DNA of 49,840 nt, taken from assembly GCA_008369845.1 (NCBI GenBank), contig MRSU01005785.1, forward strand, positions 1 to 49,840, read 5' to 3'. Positions 1 to 10,149 of the stretch are shown here, in pieces; within the stretch, counting starts at the first letter, position 1, and every line of letters starts with the position of its first letter. The notes under the pieces were generated by a model. The model had not been told where the DNA came from. It did no database searches and saw only the letters and a list, made by a program, of their open reading frames with translations. The position numbers and the translations under genes were made by a program. Source of the DNA: Trichomonas gallinae (taxonomy: Eukaryota).

Positions 1-12
1 CAAATTATCTCG

Positions 13-160
13 AAAACGAACGTACGGCGAGGAAAGTGGCCGTTAGAGATCATATTCCCCTATGCCATATGTATCCAACATGCATGGTTTCGAGGCGATC
101 TGAAAAGGTGGGAGTTCCCCCCTTTTACTTTGTAGGTGGTGCTAGTATCATCTAAAAAAT
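13..160 (+). other. GC-elevated, hairpin-rich element flanked by a 10-bp direct repeat (candidate ncRNA or retro-insertion; alternatively the 3' end of a gene cut by the window edge)
   Basis: AATTATCTCG at 3-12 and 161-170; about 47% GC by hand count over 13-150, well above nearby spacers; four hairpins; ends in A6. Frames +1 (to 135) and +3 (to 155) are also open from the edge. Confidence 0.3.
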
Positions 161-505
161 AATTATCTCGCTTAATTTTTTTAATTAATCAGCCCTAATA
201 CTCACTTTTGGACGATAGACTGCTATTTGGCCGGAGCGAACCTTAAATTGTCATTTTCTCAGCTTTTGGAATATATTGTATTTATAAAGGATGATCAAAT
301 TTCATGTACAGGTTATTCTTATGCTTCTTAACCACATATTGTGCTCCAGGACTCATCAAATACAATTCTAAAGGTTGTTTTCTCAAATGCAACCGCTCAT
401 TCAATTGTGATCGCAAAATTTTATAATTTTTAAGAAAAGCAGCAGTGCTGTTTATTAATATTGCATCAGAATTTACCAAAATTTTAATAAACGTTATTTC
501 AATAA

Positions 506-3500
506 ATGGAAAACGGAGCCAGCGCAGCTCCACAGAACGACGGTCCATGGGCGATTATCCCCTTCATATACTACCAGACGTATCCTGGGCAGCAGGATAA
601 CTATGTACGCACGACAAGATATAATATTTGGACTTTTATCCCGCTGACACTATACGAAAACTTCCGAAATGTGACAAACTTATACTTCTTGTTGATCCTC
701 ATTATGTCTTTTTTGCCATATTCGCCTGTGAGTTGGGTTTTCAATTTTTTACCTCTCGTTTTCGTTCTTTTAGTGTCAATGATTAAGCTCGGCATCGAAG
801 ATTACTTGAAATATAGACAAGACGTTAAAAGAAATAAAACTCCAGTAGATATTTATCGATTTGGCGAATGGGTCACTGTAGAGTCTTCTAAGATACATGT
901 AGGTGATCTGGTCATGATAAAAGCCGGGGACACGGTTCCGTGTGACATGTTATACTTGACATCTTCGAATGAAAATCGAACAACGAATTATAGCGAGACA
1001 AGCTTAAATGGAGAGTCAGCAATCAAGACAATGAGCCAACATCCGGCATTTGAGAACCTTGAAATCCCAAAAACATTCTTCAGACAACAATTTTATGTTC
1101 ATGTCGGTCCGCCAAGCGCGAACCTATATAAATTCGACGCAAAACTTGTTTGTGATGACAAGAAGTGGGGTATATCAATGCAAAATATTCTTTTGAGAGG
1201 CTGCCAGATGCATTTCACAGATTGGGTCATTGGCGTCGCGTTAAGGACTGGTCATGACTGCACAATCATGAAGAACAGACGCTCCCCGCCAGCGAAAATG
1301 ACAAAATTCGATAATGACATCAACTATATGATTATATACATATTCATCTTCAAAATGATATTAGTTCTCTGTCTGAGTATTTCCAATATGATTATGCAGC
1401 ACAAAGAGCCTATATTAGCTAGCGTGAGAGATAGCTACGGCATTGCTTTCGGAAAATCTTTTCTTCAATTCTTTATTCTTTTCAGTTACATGATTCCTAT
1501 CTCACTCATGGTCACCATTGAAGTCATCAGAGTCTTCCACATGCTTCTCATTCACTGGGATTTCGGAATGTATAATGAAGAATTTGGATTTGCAGAGCTA
1601 CACAACTCAAACATGATTGTTACTCTTGCCAAGATCACGCATGTACTCTCAGATAAGACAGGCACACTAACAGAAAATATTATGCAATTAGTCAGATTTG
1701 TAGATGAGACTGGTCCACAAAAAGCAGATGAATACAGAGCGACTGTACGCAAGAACCCAGTTGAAATCGAGAAATCAATGAAATTCATCAAATGCCTCGC
1801 TTTATGCAATAATGTTGTTGTTTATCATAATCCTAATGGGAAAATCGAATATAATGCGGAATCTCCTGATGAGTCCAGTTTCGTCAAGTACGCCAATGAG
1901 TGTGGAATCTCCCTTTACGACCATCAGCCGACATCAATTGAAATTCACGTCAAAAGAAGCGAAACAGAGATTGAAAAAGAGAAATACACCATTTTCTCCC
2001 ACATCCCATTCAACTCAGACCGCAAGAGAATGACAGTAGTCCTCCAGAAAGAAGGCACAGACGAATTAGTTGTTTATTCGAAAGGCGCTGACTCTATTAT
2101 GTATCCTCTCTGCAACAAAATCATCTACGACAAGCAGGTGAACGAGTACGCGCTGTTGGGCTTCAGAACACTCGTATTCGCCTATAGAAAGCTCACACAA
2201 GAAGAAGCTGCAGAGTGGAGAAAGATTTGGAATGACGCGGAATCAACTATAGAAAACAGAGACGAAGAAGTCGCCAGAGCAGCAACTTTCGTTGAATCCA
2301 AGCTGGATGTCGTTGGTGTGTCAGCAGTTGAAGACAGGCTGCAGCCTAATGTGCCTGATTCTGTTCTATGGCTCCGCAAGGCAAACATCGCTTTATGGGT
2401 TTTAACTGGTGATAAACTTGAGACTGCAATTGAAATCGGAAAAACTTCATCAATCATTTTACCAGGCGCTGACACTTTGGTATTATCTAATCCTGATGAA
2501 AACGAGTTCCACAAGTCAATAGATAACTTCATCAAAGATTTCGACACATTCAACGAGCCTGTTCTGGTTTTGACTGCAGAGACAACTAATTTAGCGCTTA
2601 ACAACAAAGATCACTTCATGCAGCTGGCCATCAAATGTAGGAGCTGCATCTTCTCGCGCGTCTCGCCAATAATGAAGGCGACGATTGTTGCCATGGTCAA
2701 AGAAAGACCGGGAACAATGACACTCGCTATAGGAGACGGCGCTAATGACGTCGGAATGATTCAAGAAGCACATATAGGCGTCGGAGTCTTCGGAAGAGAA
2801 GGTTCACAAGCAGCGCAATCTGCTGACTTCGCCATCCCTCGTTTCAAGCACCTCACTCGACTTATTGCTGTGCATGGAACTTGGGCTTATGCCAGATTCC
2901 CAACTGTCGCTGTTTACATGCTCTACAAGAACTTTGTTTTCATTTTAGTTTTGCTGTGGTGCTGCTTTGACACTTTAGCGAGCCCGCCTGCTTATTACAA
3001 CGAGTTCTTCATTTCGTGCTACAACCTCGTCTTCACCATTCTCACACCAGGTGCTTACGGCTTCTGGGAGCAGAATCTTCAGGCTGAAGTTTTAGAGAGT
3101 CACCCAGAATTGCACGGACTGCAGACGAATCCAATGGAGTTCAAGAATTTGCTTTATTACTTGATTCTCTCGATATATCAGTCCGCAATCACTTACATTA
3201 TCACAAGATTCACAAACTGGAACAAGTCGATTGAGGCAAATGGAAACATCGCTTATTACTCTGTTGTCTATATAGTGACAATACAGCTGATGCTTTGGAC
3301 GAGAAACTACAACGGTTGGATCATTGCTGCATTCATTTGCCAGTTCCTTCTTATCCATATTGTCGCGACAATATTCGCTTTCATGTTCAGCAAGAGGTAC
3401 AAGGCTGGATTGATTTTCTTATATTCGACAGCACAAGGCTGGATTTCTTACATACTGTCAGTTGTCTGCGCAACAGTTCCTCCTTTAATTTTCGAAGTCC

Positions 3501-3628
3501 TCCTTGATTATCTGAAGCCTACACTAGAAAGATTAATGAACGAGAAAGTCAACAAGGAGATTCGCGCAATGAGGTATGACTCCAAGGTTCAGGTCGAAGA
3601 TGAATCAGAGGAAGGAAACAAGCCTTGA
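506..3628 (+). CDS. P4-type ATPase (phospholipid flippase), 1040 aa
   Basis: DKTGTLT phosphorylation site, TM4 YMIPISL, AESPDE, FNSDRKRM, LTGDKLETA, IGDGANDVGMIQEAHIGVG, multiple TM helices. Confidence 0.96.
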   Translation: MENGASAAPQNDGPWAIIPFIYYQTYPGQQDNYVRTTRYNIWTFIPLTLYENFRNVTNLYFLLILIMSFLPYSPVSWVFNFLPLVFVLLVSMIKLGIEDYLKYRQDVKRNKTPVDIYRFGEWVTVESSKIHVGDLVMIKAGDTVPCDMLYLTSSNENRTTNYSETSLNGESAIKTMSQHPAFENLEIPKTFFRQQFYVHVGPPSANLYKFDAKLVCDDKKWGISMQNILLRGCQMHFTDWVIGVALRTGHDCTIMKNRRSPPAKMTKFDNDINYMIIYIFIFKMILVLCLSISNMIMQHKEPILASVRDSYGIAFGKSFLQFFILFSYMIPISLMVTIEVIRVFHMLLIHWDFGMYNEEFGFAELHNSNMIVTLAKITHVLSDKTGTLTENIMQLVRFVDETGPQKADEYRATVRKNPVEIEKSMKFIKCLALCNNVVVYHNPNGKIEYNAESPDESSFVKYANECGISLYDHQPTSIEIHVKRSETEIEKEKYTIFSHIPFNSDRKRMTVVLQKEGTDELVVYSKGADSIMYPLCNKIIYDKQVNEYALLGFRTLVFAYRKLTQEEAAEWRKIWNDAESTIENRDEEVARAATFVESKLDVVGVSAVEDRLQPNVPDSVLWLRKANIALWVLTGDKLETAIEIGKTSSIILPGADTLVLSNPDENEFHKSIDNFIKDFDTFNEPVLVLTAETTNLALNNKDHFMQLAIKCRSCIFSRVSPIMKATIVAMVKERPGTMTLAIGDGANDVGMIQEAHIGVGVFGREGSQAAQSADFAIPRFKHLTRLIAVHGTWAYARFPTVAVYMLYKNFVFILVLLWCCFDTLASPPAYYNEFFISCYNLVFTILTPGAYGFWEQNLQAEVLESHPELHGLQTNPMEFKNLLYYLILSIYQSAITYIITRFTNWNKSIEANGNIAYYSVVYIVTIQLMLWTRNYNGWIIAAFICQFLLIHIVATIFAFMFSKRYKAGLIFLYSTAQGWISYILSVVCATVPPLIFEVLLDYLKPTLERLMNEKVNKEIRAMRYDSKVQVEDESEEGNKP

Positions 3629-4304
3629 GATATTATATTTTATGTTTGTTTGTATAAAATACAATTTTTATTATATAATCGACTTATATTATTATAGATA
3701 TATATCACTACAGATCATCCTTTAGTAGAAATACAAATATCAATTTGAAATTTAAAATGTATCATGTTATGCATTTACTTCTTTCCAGAAAGAAATTACA
3801 TGCAATAATAGTTTCATTTTTTCACGAAAGAGATAATACATCAGGAACAGAATACATTTAAAAAATGATAATGTTTTGACAACATCAAATTTTTTCTTAT
3901 AGTCATGGATTTTGTTTATCAACTGATGCGATAAACTCTTTGACTTAATTCTATTCCCTTTGGTCACTTGTAACCTATCTTCTTGAAAGCATTCTCAGCT
4001 TCAATGACACAAATATTTTACTAATGATTGCCACTCAAAAAAAAAAATCACGAGAGTAACACAATGATATCAATTTGGAGACAAATATGATATCTCCATC
4101 AATCAAACGCAAATTTTTATCGAGTAATGACTAAAATAAAATTTACGTGTCAAATATCTATTTTACAAATCAAAAATTCTTAATTATTGATGCAAACATG
4201 AAAATTTTGTTTAAAATCTTTGCATTGTCATAAAAAGACATAAATCACAAATAAAAAGAGAGAAAAAAATGAAATTTGTCAAATTTATTGGCATAATTTG
4301 TGTA

Positions 4305-4312
4305 AAAGTGAC
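4305..4312 (+). promoter_or_regulatory. Trichomonas core promoter motif AAAGTGAC (M2-type)
   Basis: Exact AAAGTGAC about 10 nt before ATG 4322. Confidence 0.6.
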
Positions 4313-4321
4313 AAATTAATC

Positions 4322-5074
4322 ATGAGTTCATTATTTTTGCATCCACAAGCAGCCCTTCAAGTATCAAAGCAATGCGTCGCTGCTAAGTACTTAAAAATAG
4401 AGTCCATTTATAATGGTGGTATCCTCTATGGTATCCAAAATCCGCAAAAAATCGAAATCTCGTTCGCTGTTCAATCCGTTTTCAAGGATGCGAATGGGAA
4501 AATAGTTGTTGATCAAAAATCATTTAATGTTTTTAAGCAAACTTTACAAAATATCTATACCCAAGTTTATCCTCTTGGTTTTTATTATATTGGCAAACTC
4601 GCTGATAAAGATATATCCGTAATTACTGCAGCTGTAGACGGAATTTCCGAATTAAACATTGTTAGAATGAGATTTGATGAAAATGATGAAAACCCAATCG
4701 AAATCTTTGTAAAAGAAGGCAGTGAATGGAAACGTACTAGATATGAATACAAATCTGATAAGCCAGAACACGTAGCTATCTCTCATCTTCAATCTGGTGG
4801 AAATGCTGAAAGAACAATTGGATTTGCCAAAGATTCATATAAAATATTAGAACAAAACTTGACAAAGATTGAAGAACATCTACAAAAGATGAAGAAGGGA
4901 GAAATTCCATTTGATCCAGTTTTTGTTCGTAAAGCTGGTGATATTGGAATCTGGTTTAAACACTTCAAATCATCGGAACAGCAAGTATCAGAGATTGAGG
5001 AAGCAAGTTTGTCATTGTTATCCGGCGAAATTACAAAATTGATGGTTGATGTTTACAATTATATCAAGCCTTAG
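4322..5074 (+). CDS. CSN6: COP9 signalosome subunit 6-like MPN- protein (start moved from TTG 4298 to ATG 4322)
   Basis: LHP...GILYG...IEI...LGFYY MPN pattern without JAMM metal ligands; C-terminal EHVAISHL...KMKKGEIPFD resembles CSN6 ERIGVDHV...GEVPFN. Confidence 0.75.
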   Translation: MSSLFLHPQAALQVSKQCVAAKYLKIESIYNGGILYGIQNPQKIEISFAVQSVFKDANGKIVVDQKSFNVFKQTLQNIYTQVYPLGFYYIGKLADKDISVITAAVDGISELNIVRMRFDENDENPIEIFVKEGSEWKRTRYEYKSDKPEHVAISHLQSGGNAERTIGFAKDSYKILEQNLTKIEEHLQKMKKGEIPFDPVFVRKAGDIGIWFKHFKSSEQQVSEIEEASLSLLSGEITKLMVDVYNYIKP

Positions 5075-5220
5075 AAGACTCCTGTTCCAAGGTGTATATC
5101 CATACAATATTACTAAACTTCTCAGGTTTTTTATTAAATATGTTTTTTACAAATATAGAATTTTTCGTATATTGACATACATAATAGCATTATCTTGCTT
5201 TAAAACAGCATTTAATATTT

Positions 5221-5458
5221 AAAAAATCAACTCATAGAGAAAAATATCGAAAATTAATCGAAAAACTCGAAATTACAAAAGAAGGAATCGAATTCAGACT
5301 CAATACAATACGAGAACAAGCTCCAAATTCATCAGCTCTTCAAAGAATTAGATGAATATCAAAAAGTTAAGAAATATTGAATAGATTATTCGCAATCAAC
5401 TAGATATGGAACAGAAAAAACTTTCCGCTCTTAGTGATCATGCATTGTATAATGTTTG
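5221..5458 (+). pseudogene. Decayed coiled-coil gene fragment
   Basis: Protein-like pieces (EKYRKLIEKLEITKEGIEFRLNTIREQA; IIRNQLDMEQKKLSAL) in shifting frames with stops, no start. Confidence 0.25.
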
Positions 5459-5499
5459 AAAAATTTCAGAAAAATTATTGACTCAAAACGTATTGATTT

Positions 5500-6265
5500 G
5501 ATTGTGATGGCAGGGATATCGTATAATTCTGAGAGTTATGCTTTTAGCACAAGTGTTTTTCTTGTTTGGCACAAAGAATATAATGGTTTTGCAAGATGGA
5601 GCATTATTTCATGGGTAATGCAACTTGTTACTTTCAAAAAAGACATATATTTGCAAGCTATAAGCATTAGTTATGTTAAAAATGTTTATTATTCAAAATC
5701 GAAATTGAATTTGTTTGATTCAAAATTTTGATCTTTAGAAACTGGTTCATATGGTGAATGGAAGTATTTATACCATAATCACGTGCATATATCGTAAAAA
5801 CAACATTAAACTTCATTAATGCACATTTATAATTTCAATTTAATCTTCTCACTGAGAATTTTTTATTTGCGCTTCTAATATAGTTTATATATGATTATAT
5901 AAATCATATCCAATAAATTAACACAATGTATACTAATACTAATCGAATTTTGATTTCGCTCAATATTGAACAACTTGCGAGTGATAATTATAGTTATCTA
6001 TTAAACAAACACACCCTTGTGCACAAGAAGTAAAAGTACAAAAAGCATGAATCAGATTACCATTAAAATATACACAATTTATACAAGTTTTCGTCATCCC
6101 TTCAAAAACACATGATAAAAAGGAAAAAATTTGATAAGAATAATCTCTTACTTCAATATTAGGATTATGTTTGTTGTTAATCTTGGTATAATTACCAGCT
6201 CCAAAATAAGATTCGTACAAGTCCATGTGAGCATTATGTAGAGCAACAATTGGGAAGCATGACAT
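5500..6265 (-). pseudogene. Decayed member of the trichomonad beta-helix/Pmp-like surface family
   Basis: SCVFEGMTKTCI...LIHAFCTFTSC..GCV...SQVVQY resembles this family, then multiple stops; the ORF-track start is not ATG; the downstream boundary is approximate. Confidence 0.4.
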
Positions 6266-6776
6266 GAAAAAATAAAAAACCGTTGCAGATAAAGCATAAT
6301 ACAAATAAAATATACATCACACATATAATAGAATTTCGAAAATAAAAATTCAATTTACGACTCTGACCTTAAATAATTTTATAATTTTTAGGAAATTTTA
6401 TCCTAGCATATGTATAGTGTCGAAAACCATTCCAACTCATTCATACGACTAGAAAAACTGAATTAAAACAAAATTGTACAATGTATTTCGTTTGATACTT
6501 TTCATGAACCTATCAAATCAAAAAGAACTAACCGAAATAAATTCAAAGAAAAGCATAGTATCATTGTGAATTTTGCAATGATTTCCACGAAAATTCATTT
6601 GAATTACAACTATTTGAAGCAAATTGTCTGCGTAATATTATATAAGTTCGTGTGTTTTATATAATGGAATATTTAGTTTGATTAAAAACAGATTTTCAAA
6701 AATATGACGAATAAATTTAATTTTTGTTGTGTAAAATTATGTTATTGTCATGTAAACGAAAACCTTTGTCATAAAA

Positions 6777-6962
6777 ATGAGTGATCGTGCAAAGCAAGGT
6801 CAACCTCATTGTTTCCAGAGGACAGAAAACTCCGTAATGATGAGAGCACTGAGTTTGTTGGATAGTACTGCTCCAAATTCAGCGGAAGAATTATTCAAAA
6901 TCTTAGAAAGTTCATATTTGGAAAAAGAAAAGATTAAAAGCAAGCCAGCAGATCAACCTTGA
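6777..6962 (+). CDS. 61-aa microprotein resembling the INTS12 N-terminal microdomain
   Basis: ATG in AAAATG context after CCTTT and TGTCATGTAAA motifs; RALSLLDSTAPNSAEELFKILESS aligns without gaps to recalled human INTS12 [24 protein letters not shown]. Confidence 0.55.
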   Translation: MSDRAKQGQPHCFQRTENSVMMRALSLLDSTAPNSAEELFKILESSYLEKEKIKSKPADQP

Positions 6963-7203
6963 ACTGAAACTAGCATTATTAGCAGGTTTAAGCTAGAAAA
7001 TGATTTTACAAAAATATTATTACCAAAAAACTATCTTAAATACAGGAAGACTTAGAAATTACAATGATTTTGTTCTTTGTTATATTAAATATTGTTCTAT
7101 TATCAACATTAAAAATATCTTTATAATTATTTCGCTTATAGTGATAACCAATACAACAATTATCAAGTTTTCATTCGCTATATTTCTTTATTATATTTAA
7201 CTC

Positions 7204-7347
7204 TGTTATATTATTAATTAAAAAAAACTTTTATAAAATTATTGTTATATTATTAAAAATACTTTATAAAATCTTTATCAAAGGCATCTACATCATGTTG
7301 GTAGACAGGTGATTATAATTATTAAAAATACTCTATAAAATCTTTAT
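7204..7347. repeat. Three imperfect copies of a ~30-35 bp AT-rich unit, the last overlapping the stop codon of the minus-strand gene
   Basis: TATTAAAAATACT(T/C)TATAAAATCTTTAT at 7251-7278 and 7320-7347; looser copy from 7204. Confidence 0.6.
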
Positions 7348-8489
7348 TCATCTTCTTCATAGTCTTCTTCATCGCTATCCATGAAGTCATCCTCTATATC
7401 TGGATCTCTATATTTGGATTTTCCTTTTGTGACGAGGCTTGTGATTGCTTCGACATTTTCTTCTTCCTCGTCTTCTTCTTCTTCGCGTCTTCTCCTTTCC
7501 GCTTCTTCTTCCTCTTCCAATGTCTTTGGTTCGACAGCGGCGATGTCCAGTGTGTATGTGTGCTGCTCGTTGAGCTGTGCGAGAGCCTCTCTGTTTGCTT
7601 TCTCCTTCTTTTCTTTCTCGATTCGCTTCTTTTCGAGCTGAGACTTTTGTCTTTCTTCCGATTCTTTCTTGTTCTGTCTGATGAGTGCGGATTTGATCTT
7701 TCTGAGTGCCTTCTTCTGTTTCTGCTCTTCTGATCTCTCCTTTGGCTTGGCTTGAAGCATTGGCTCCAACATTTGGATCATTGGTGGGTAAACACGCCTG
7801 CTCAAGTAGGCGGCAATGCGGTCATTGCGGATTTGTGCTGCTGTTGAGTGAATTTGCTCCATATCTTTACCTTTAATAAGATAATTTGCAAGTTCGGGAT
7901 AAATTTCACGAACACTCTTATATTGTTGAAGATCTGTAAAATACTTAATCGCAATACTTCTAGATTTCGGCGAAAGCTTGAATTCAAGTGGATTCTTATC
8001 TGATAATACGCGAGAAAGGAGTGTAACAGCTCCAGATGGATAATATTCACGATCTCCAGTATTAAGATGAATGATTAAAGACATAATTCTGAACATTTCA
8101 AATAATTGTTCTTCATTTCTTGGAATTTCGTGTGATAACACATAATCTGCAAGAATTCTTAAACGAACTTCTTTAGGTGTGCCTGATGATATGTTGATAG
8201 CAAACAAAAACAGCGAAGATCTTGGTGATGCAAACCATTTTCCTTCTAAAGTAGCTTCTGCGAGATAATGGATAACAGAATCAACCCATATCAGGGATTC
8301 TTCTTCGAGCTGATATGCAATTTGTGATGCAAAGCTGCAAGCTTTTGATCTTCTTTGATCATTTTGCTGAGAAACAATAGCAAGAGCGTCTAAAGCTGTT
8401 TTTGCGTTTGTTATCTTCTTTTTGGTTAAGTTGCCAATCTTTCCGAATAAGCTTGATAAAGAATTATCTTTAGGTCCTCGCTTATCCAT
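7344..8489 (-). CDS. Nop14-like nucleolar protein (C-terminal part of family), 381 aa
   Basis: Helical region with YYPSGAVTLL, then PPMIQMLEP followed by a K/E-rich coiled coil and acidic tail, as in the Nop14 C-terminus; family call tentative. Confidence 0.5.
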   Translation of the reverse strand: MDKRGPKDNSLSSLFGKIGNLTKKKITNAKTALDALAIVSQQNDQRRSKACSFASQIAYQLEEESLIWVDSVIHYLAEATLEGKWFASPRSSLFLFAINISSGTPKEVRLRILADYVLSHEIPRNEEQLFEMFRIMSLIIHLNTGDREYYPSGAVTLLSRVLSDKNPLEFKLSPKSRSIAIKYFTDLQQYKSVREIYPELANYLIKGKDMEQIHSTAAQIRNDRIAAYLSRRVYPPMIQMLEPMLQAKPKERSEEQKQKKALRKIKSALIRQNKKESEERQKSQLEKKRIEKEKKEKANREALAQLNEQHTYTLDIAAVEPKTLEEEEEAERRRREEEEDEEEENVEAITSLVTKGKSKYRDPDIEDDFMDSDEEDYEEDE

Positions 8490-9005
8490 ATTTTGTCAAA
8501 AATCTTTCAGGACAAAGATTTTCTAAATTTCGTTTTTGTTAAAATATTTATCATCTTATTATATTTTAGTATCTAAATTTGTAATAAAAATGGTTAAAAT
8601 AAATATGTCTTTACGTGACAAATATTATCCTACATGACAGAATTTTTATTTTTTTTTGTAAAAAAAAACATTTGAAACTGAGCATAGGCATATTAGGAAA
8701 AGTGAATTAAATTTTTAATATCCTCTAATAATGAGCATAAACATCAAAAAATGCATTTTTCATTTTTATTATAGCGAAATTCACTTATTTTTTCATGGGA
8801 ATTGTCTGTATTATCAAGATTTGATCTCTGTTTGTTGGTTGTTATGTTGCTATCATATGGAAATGTTTTGTTTTGTGATTTTATATAAAAAAAATTCTTG
8901 AAATATATAATATTCAATTATATTACAAATTTTATACATTAATATTGGCTAGTCGAGCAATATCAAAGAAATATAAACAACAATAAACAATAAATTAGAA
9001 ATTGA

Positions 9006-9494
9006 TTACAGAATAACTGTATTAACAGCGTATATTGACTTAGCATGCATTGTAGAATTACCTGTCTGCGGGCGAGATGTAGAAGTCATGCGCATAGATC
9101 TTGTAGCGTTAAAGTTTTGCGTCGTTGTTGTTCTCATTGTTGTTGAACGCTGAGTTTGTGCTTCATCCTCTTCCTGGTCATTTGGAGATGCAGCAACTTG
9201 TCCGGAATTCTTCTTCTTAATGATGAAATAAGTAATTGAAGCAATGATTCCAACTAATGCGATACAAACTAAAGCAATAAAAGCATAGAGGAGGTTTGTT
9301 TGGACTTTGTTAGGTCCAGCGGTTACTGTTATTTCAGTGATTTCATCAACTCTCTTGTCTGTAGCTCTTGGTGTTGATGCGGCGACTGTTGGAACTGGAG
9401 TTCTTTCGATAGGATCAACAAAACCTGTGTCACCTGGAAGATCGTCAGTGATAACTACTGCAGATTTAATCAAGGCAAAAAACAGAAACAACAT
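9006..9494 (-). CDS. Small type I membrane protein, 162 aa
   Basis: Signal peptide MLFLFFALIKS, P/T-rich ectodomain, TM LLYAFIALVCIALVGIIASITYFII then KKK, T/S-rich tail. Confidence 0.8.
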   Translation of the reverse strand: MLFLFFALIKSAVVITDDLPGDTGFVDPIERTPVPTVAASTPRATDKRVDEITEITVTAGPNKVQTNLLYAFIALVCIALVGIIASITYFIIKKKNSGQVAASPNDQEEDEAQTQRSTTMRTTTTQNFNATRSMRMTSTSRPQTGNSTMHAKSIYAVNTVIL

Positions 9495-10149
9495 CTATTT
9501 AAAATAATAGTAACGGTTCTGACGATTTTTTTTTTATAAACGTAGCAAAAAAAAATTTACAAAAAATTATAAATGAGGGGGTGACACCAAACCTTATTAA
9601 TCCTGGGAATCTTATAATAAGATAATCTCTGATTACCTAATACAAATCTCCAAAAACTATCGAATTTTAGTTATATTTTATCATTAAAAAAATTCATTTA
9701 ATGGAATCTAATAATCATTATTCAGTCCATATAATACTTTATCAATACAAATGTGAATTGCCAAATGTGTTGGGTTGGTTTTCATTATATAAATTTGACA
9801 TTATGAAATTACCCGATTTTGTTATAAAAACCAATTTATTAGCGATAAACTTCTTAATGAAGCATATGCCTTAATATTTTTCACATAGAATGACAAGAAG
9901 TTATCCAAATATTGTTACATGACGAATTGTCATATTTCAGGATATTTGTATGCTTTACATGTCATTTGTTGTTAAAATTTTACGAATCTCGATTTTTAAA
10001 AAAAAATCGCCTTTTCTAGACCCTTTTGCCACTAACTTTGATAGCAAAAAGTGAAACTAATACAATAAGATACTCAGCAAATGTCAAAAAAGTATACTCA
10101 AAGATGTGGAAACTTCAACTTTTACGATTAAAATATTCTTCTGGATGTG

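Noticed and set aside
117..150. U5 loop-like CCTTTTAC and U2-like TAGTATC
   Set aside because: The invariant G of U5 loop 1 and its closing stem are missing; the U2 context is absent.
186..254. Possible minus-strand box C/D snoRNA (ATGACAA ... GGGCTGA)
   Set aside because: Box C deviates from RUGAUGA at key positions, and I could not recognise an rRNA target for the guide.
282..548. 88-aa minus ORF overlapping the flippase start
   Set aside because: Antisense overlap with the promoter and 5' CDS; no recognisable motifs.
7000..7200. 66-aa I/Y/N-rich ORF
   Set aside because: Composition expected from AT-rich non-coding DNA; the same applies to 29195-29452, 33228-33458 and 40657-40899.
9948..10043. 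Possible spliceosomal intron GTATGC...ACTAACTTTGATAG
   Set aside because: Does not fit the trichomonad ACTAACACACAG branch/3' motif and spacing; the flanks do not join into an ORF.
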